Part shown: piece by piece, positions 62,459-64,000 of the stretch
Layout of the letters: each line of letters begins with the position of its first letter
How positions within the stretch are numbered: the stretch's first letter is position 1
Notes under the pieces: generated by a model
The model's database searches: none
Told to the model about the DNA's origin: nothing
The model's input: only the letters and a program-made list of their open reading frames with translations
Program-made: the position numbers and the translations under genes
Origin: Somniosus microcephalus
Taxonomy: Eukaryota
Assembly (NCBI GenBank): GCA_052327205.1
Contig: CM126227.1
Span: 24,490,001-24,554,000 of the forward strand
Direction: 5' to 3'
Length of the DNA stretch: 64,000 nt

Positions 62459-64000
62459 TGTGGTAAACCACTGTATTGTATATTGCCACCTCTGGGTGGC
62501 GCTGTGTATGGAGGCATGCCTCAGCTGACTCCACCCACCACTGTGTGGGTTTCGTTCAGACTTGTTCAGTCACTCACGAAGAAGCATGGTCTCTTCTTAG
62601 CTAATAAAAGCCTTATTCATCTCTTCTTTCGACTCATCATCTCTTCTTCGACTCATCACCTTTTATGAAGTAATTGATAAGCGTATCAATTTTATTAGCT
62701 AAAAGTTAAATGGCGACACCTGAGGAGCAACAACAGCAACGGATACAGCAGACATTGCTGAGAGCCCTCAGACCACCACGCCTGGACCTCGACCCTCAAG
62801 ATGTGGGTGCATCAGCCAAGTTTGAACACTGGCTGAGCTGCTTTGAATCCTTCCTCGCAATCTCACAGGTTACAGAGGAGGATCACAAACTGAAAATTTT
62901 GACCGCCCAGGTGAGCCATCAAGTATATATGCTAATCCGGGACTCTAATACGTACGTGGCGGCCCTCGAGCTACTAAAAGGGCAATATACGCGCCCAGTG
63001 AACACAATTTACGCCCGACACCTCTTGGGATCCCGCAGGCAGCAACCGGGAGAATCGGTAGGGGCATTTGCACGGGCGCTACTGGCACTCTGCAGAGACT
63101 GCGATTGTAAAGCGGTAACGGCTGTGGAGCACGCGCAGGGACTCGCCTGTGATGCCTTCGTCAAGGGCCTCCAGTCAGACCACACCCGGCAGAGACTGCT
63201 AGAAAGCAAGGAACCCGACCTGAAGACGGCCATTGCCCTTGCGCTCTCGTTAGAGGAGGCCCACCGAAACCTCGAGGCATACCCCCGTAACGGCGCCGAG
63301 ACATGGCAATTGAAACCGTGGGACACGGGACCGCCGCCCCCGGCACCAACCGCTGCAGCGACCCAACCGAGACAGCAGCCTCCGGTAAGAACTGCTTCGA
63401 TGCCCAGTAACCAGGCCCAAAAATGCTATTTCTGTGGCCAGTTAAAACATCCCAGAGCGCACTGCCCAGCTAAGACAGCTACCTGCTCGGGCTGCGGGAA
63501 GAAAGGCCATTACGCTAACGCCTGCAAGGGGAAGCCAGCCAGCAGCGCAGCGTGCGGGCCGTGGGAGCAGCCATCTTATCCGCCATTTTGTGTACCCCCG
63601 GCCGCATGGCATCCGCCGCCATCGTATCCAACGCACTCAACCGCCATTTCGTCACCGGAACCGACCACCGTCTCGGCGGATGACTATAGTGACTCACTAA
63701 GCCACATACTGGCCTCCGTGACGCTGGATCAAGGCCACCCTCACCATCTATCCAGCTCCATGATGGATATCGCGGTAAACGGCCGCGCCACCAGTTGCCT
63801 GATCGACAGCGGGAGCACAGAGAGTTTCGTCCACCCCGACACGGTACGTAGCCACTCCCTCACGATTCTGCCAACGCACCATCGCATTTCTATGGCGTCC
63901 AAGTCCCAGTCAATGGACATCAGCGGCTACTGTGTGGTGACCCTGTCAGTAGGGGGCACTGAATATCAAAAATTTAAACTGCTAGTCCTGCCCCGTCTTT
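62459..64000 (+). mobile_element. Ty3/Gypsy LTR retrotransposon, 5' part (LTR about 62459-62688), inserted in a CR1 3' tail
   Basis: TGTGG start, AATAAA at 62603, ...TATCA end; followed by an open gag-protease frame; the LTR end is inferred because the second LTR is outside the window. Confidence 0.85.
62710..64000 (+). CDS. gag-pol: Gypsy gag-pol polyprotein N-terminus, open to the window end (absent from the ORF track because no stop is reached)
   Basis: MATPEEQ..LRPPRLDLDP..FEHWLSCF..YARHLLGSRRQQPGES..CYFCGQLKHPRAHC..CSGCGKKGHYANAC..CLIDSGSTESF in one frame. Confidence 0.9.
   Translation, partial: MATPEEQQQQRIQQTLLRALRPPRLDLDPQDVGASAKFEHWLSCFESFLAISQVTEEDHKLKILTAQVSHQVYMLIRDSNTYVAALELLKGQYTRPVNTIYARHLLGSRRQQPGESVGAFARALLALCRDCDCKAVTAVEHAQGLACDAFVKGLQSDHTRQRLLESKEPDLKTAIALALSLEEAHRNLEAYPRNGAETWQLKPWDTGPPPPAPTAAATQPRQQPPVRTASMPSNQAQKCYFCGQLKHPRAHCPAKTATCSGCGKKGHYANACKGKPASSAACGPWEQPSYPPFCVPPAAWHPPPSYPTHSTAISSPEPTTVSADDYSDSLSHILASVTLDQGHPHHLSSSMMDIAVNGRATSCLIDSGSTESFVHPDTVRSHSLTILPTHHRISMASKSQSMDISGYCVVTLSVGGTEYQKFKLLVLPRL

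Noticed and set aside
62711-62720. TGGCGACACC as a tRNA PBS
   Set aside because: It lies 22 nt past the likely LTR end, is not preceded by CA and overlaps the gag ATG; kept only as the alternative hypothesis

Overview
This is eukaryotic genomic DNA. A cartilaginous fish (shark-like) origin is inferred from its repeats: a Deu-domain SacSINE1-type SINE, CR1 LINEs, Penelope elements and many GC-rich Harbinger-type MITEs. I could not support any host protein-coding exon; the window is a transposon-dense intergenic or intronic region with three assembly gaps. It holds four Ty3/Gypsy LTR elements (one complete CsRn1-like provirus, one internally deleted, two cut by the window edges), CR1, RTE, Rex1 and Penelope fragments, three Tc1/mariner-type MITEs, many PIF/Harbinger MITEs with Myb/SANT and HARBI1-like relics, and a cluster of non-autonomous Helitrons. 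Most interesting: (1) the Helitrons carry a promoter-like cassette with CCAAT pairs spaced exactly 32 bp, GC boxes, a splice donor and a YY1 motif; (2) one Gypsy element has a primer-binding position complementary to its own LTR, suggesting self-priming; (3) two tRNA-Asp-like SINE units sit head-to-head as a long palindrome; (4) three minimal hammerhead ribozymes lie in Penelope termini; (5) two short locally templated insertions. All calls were made by eye; no database searches were run.
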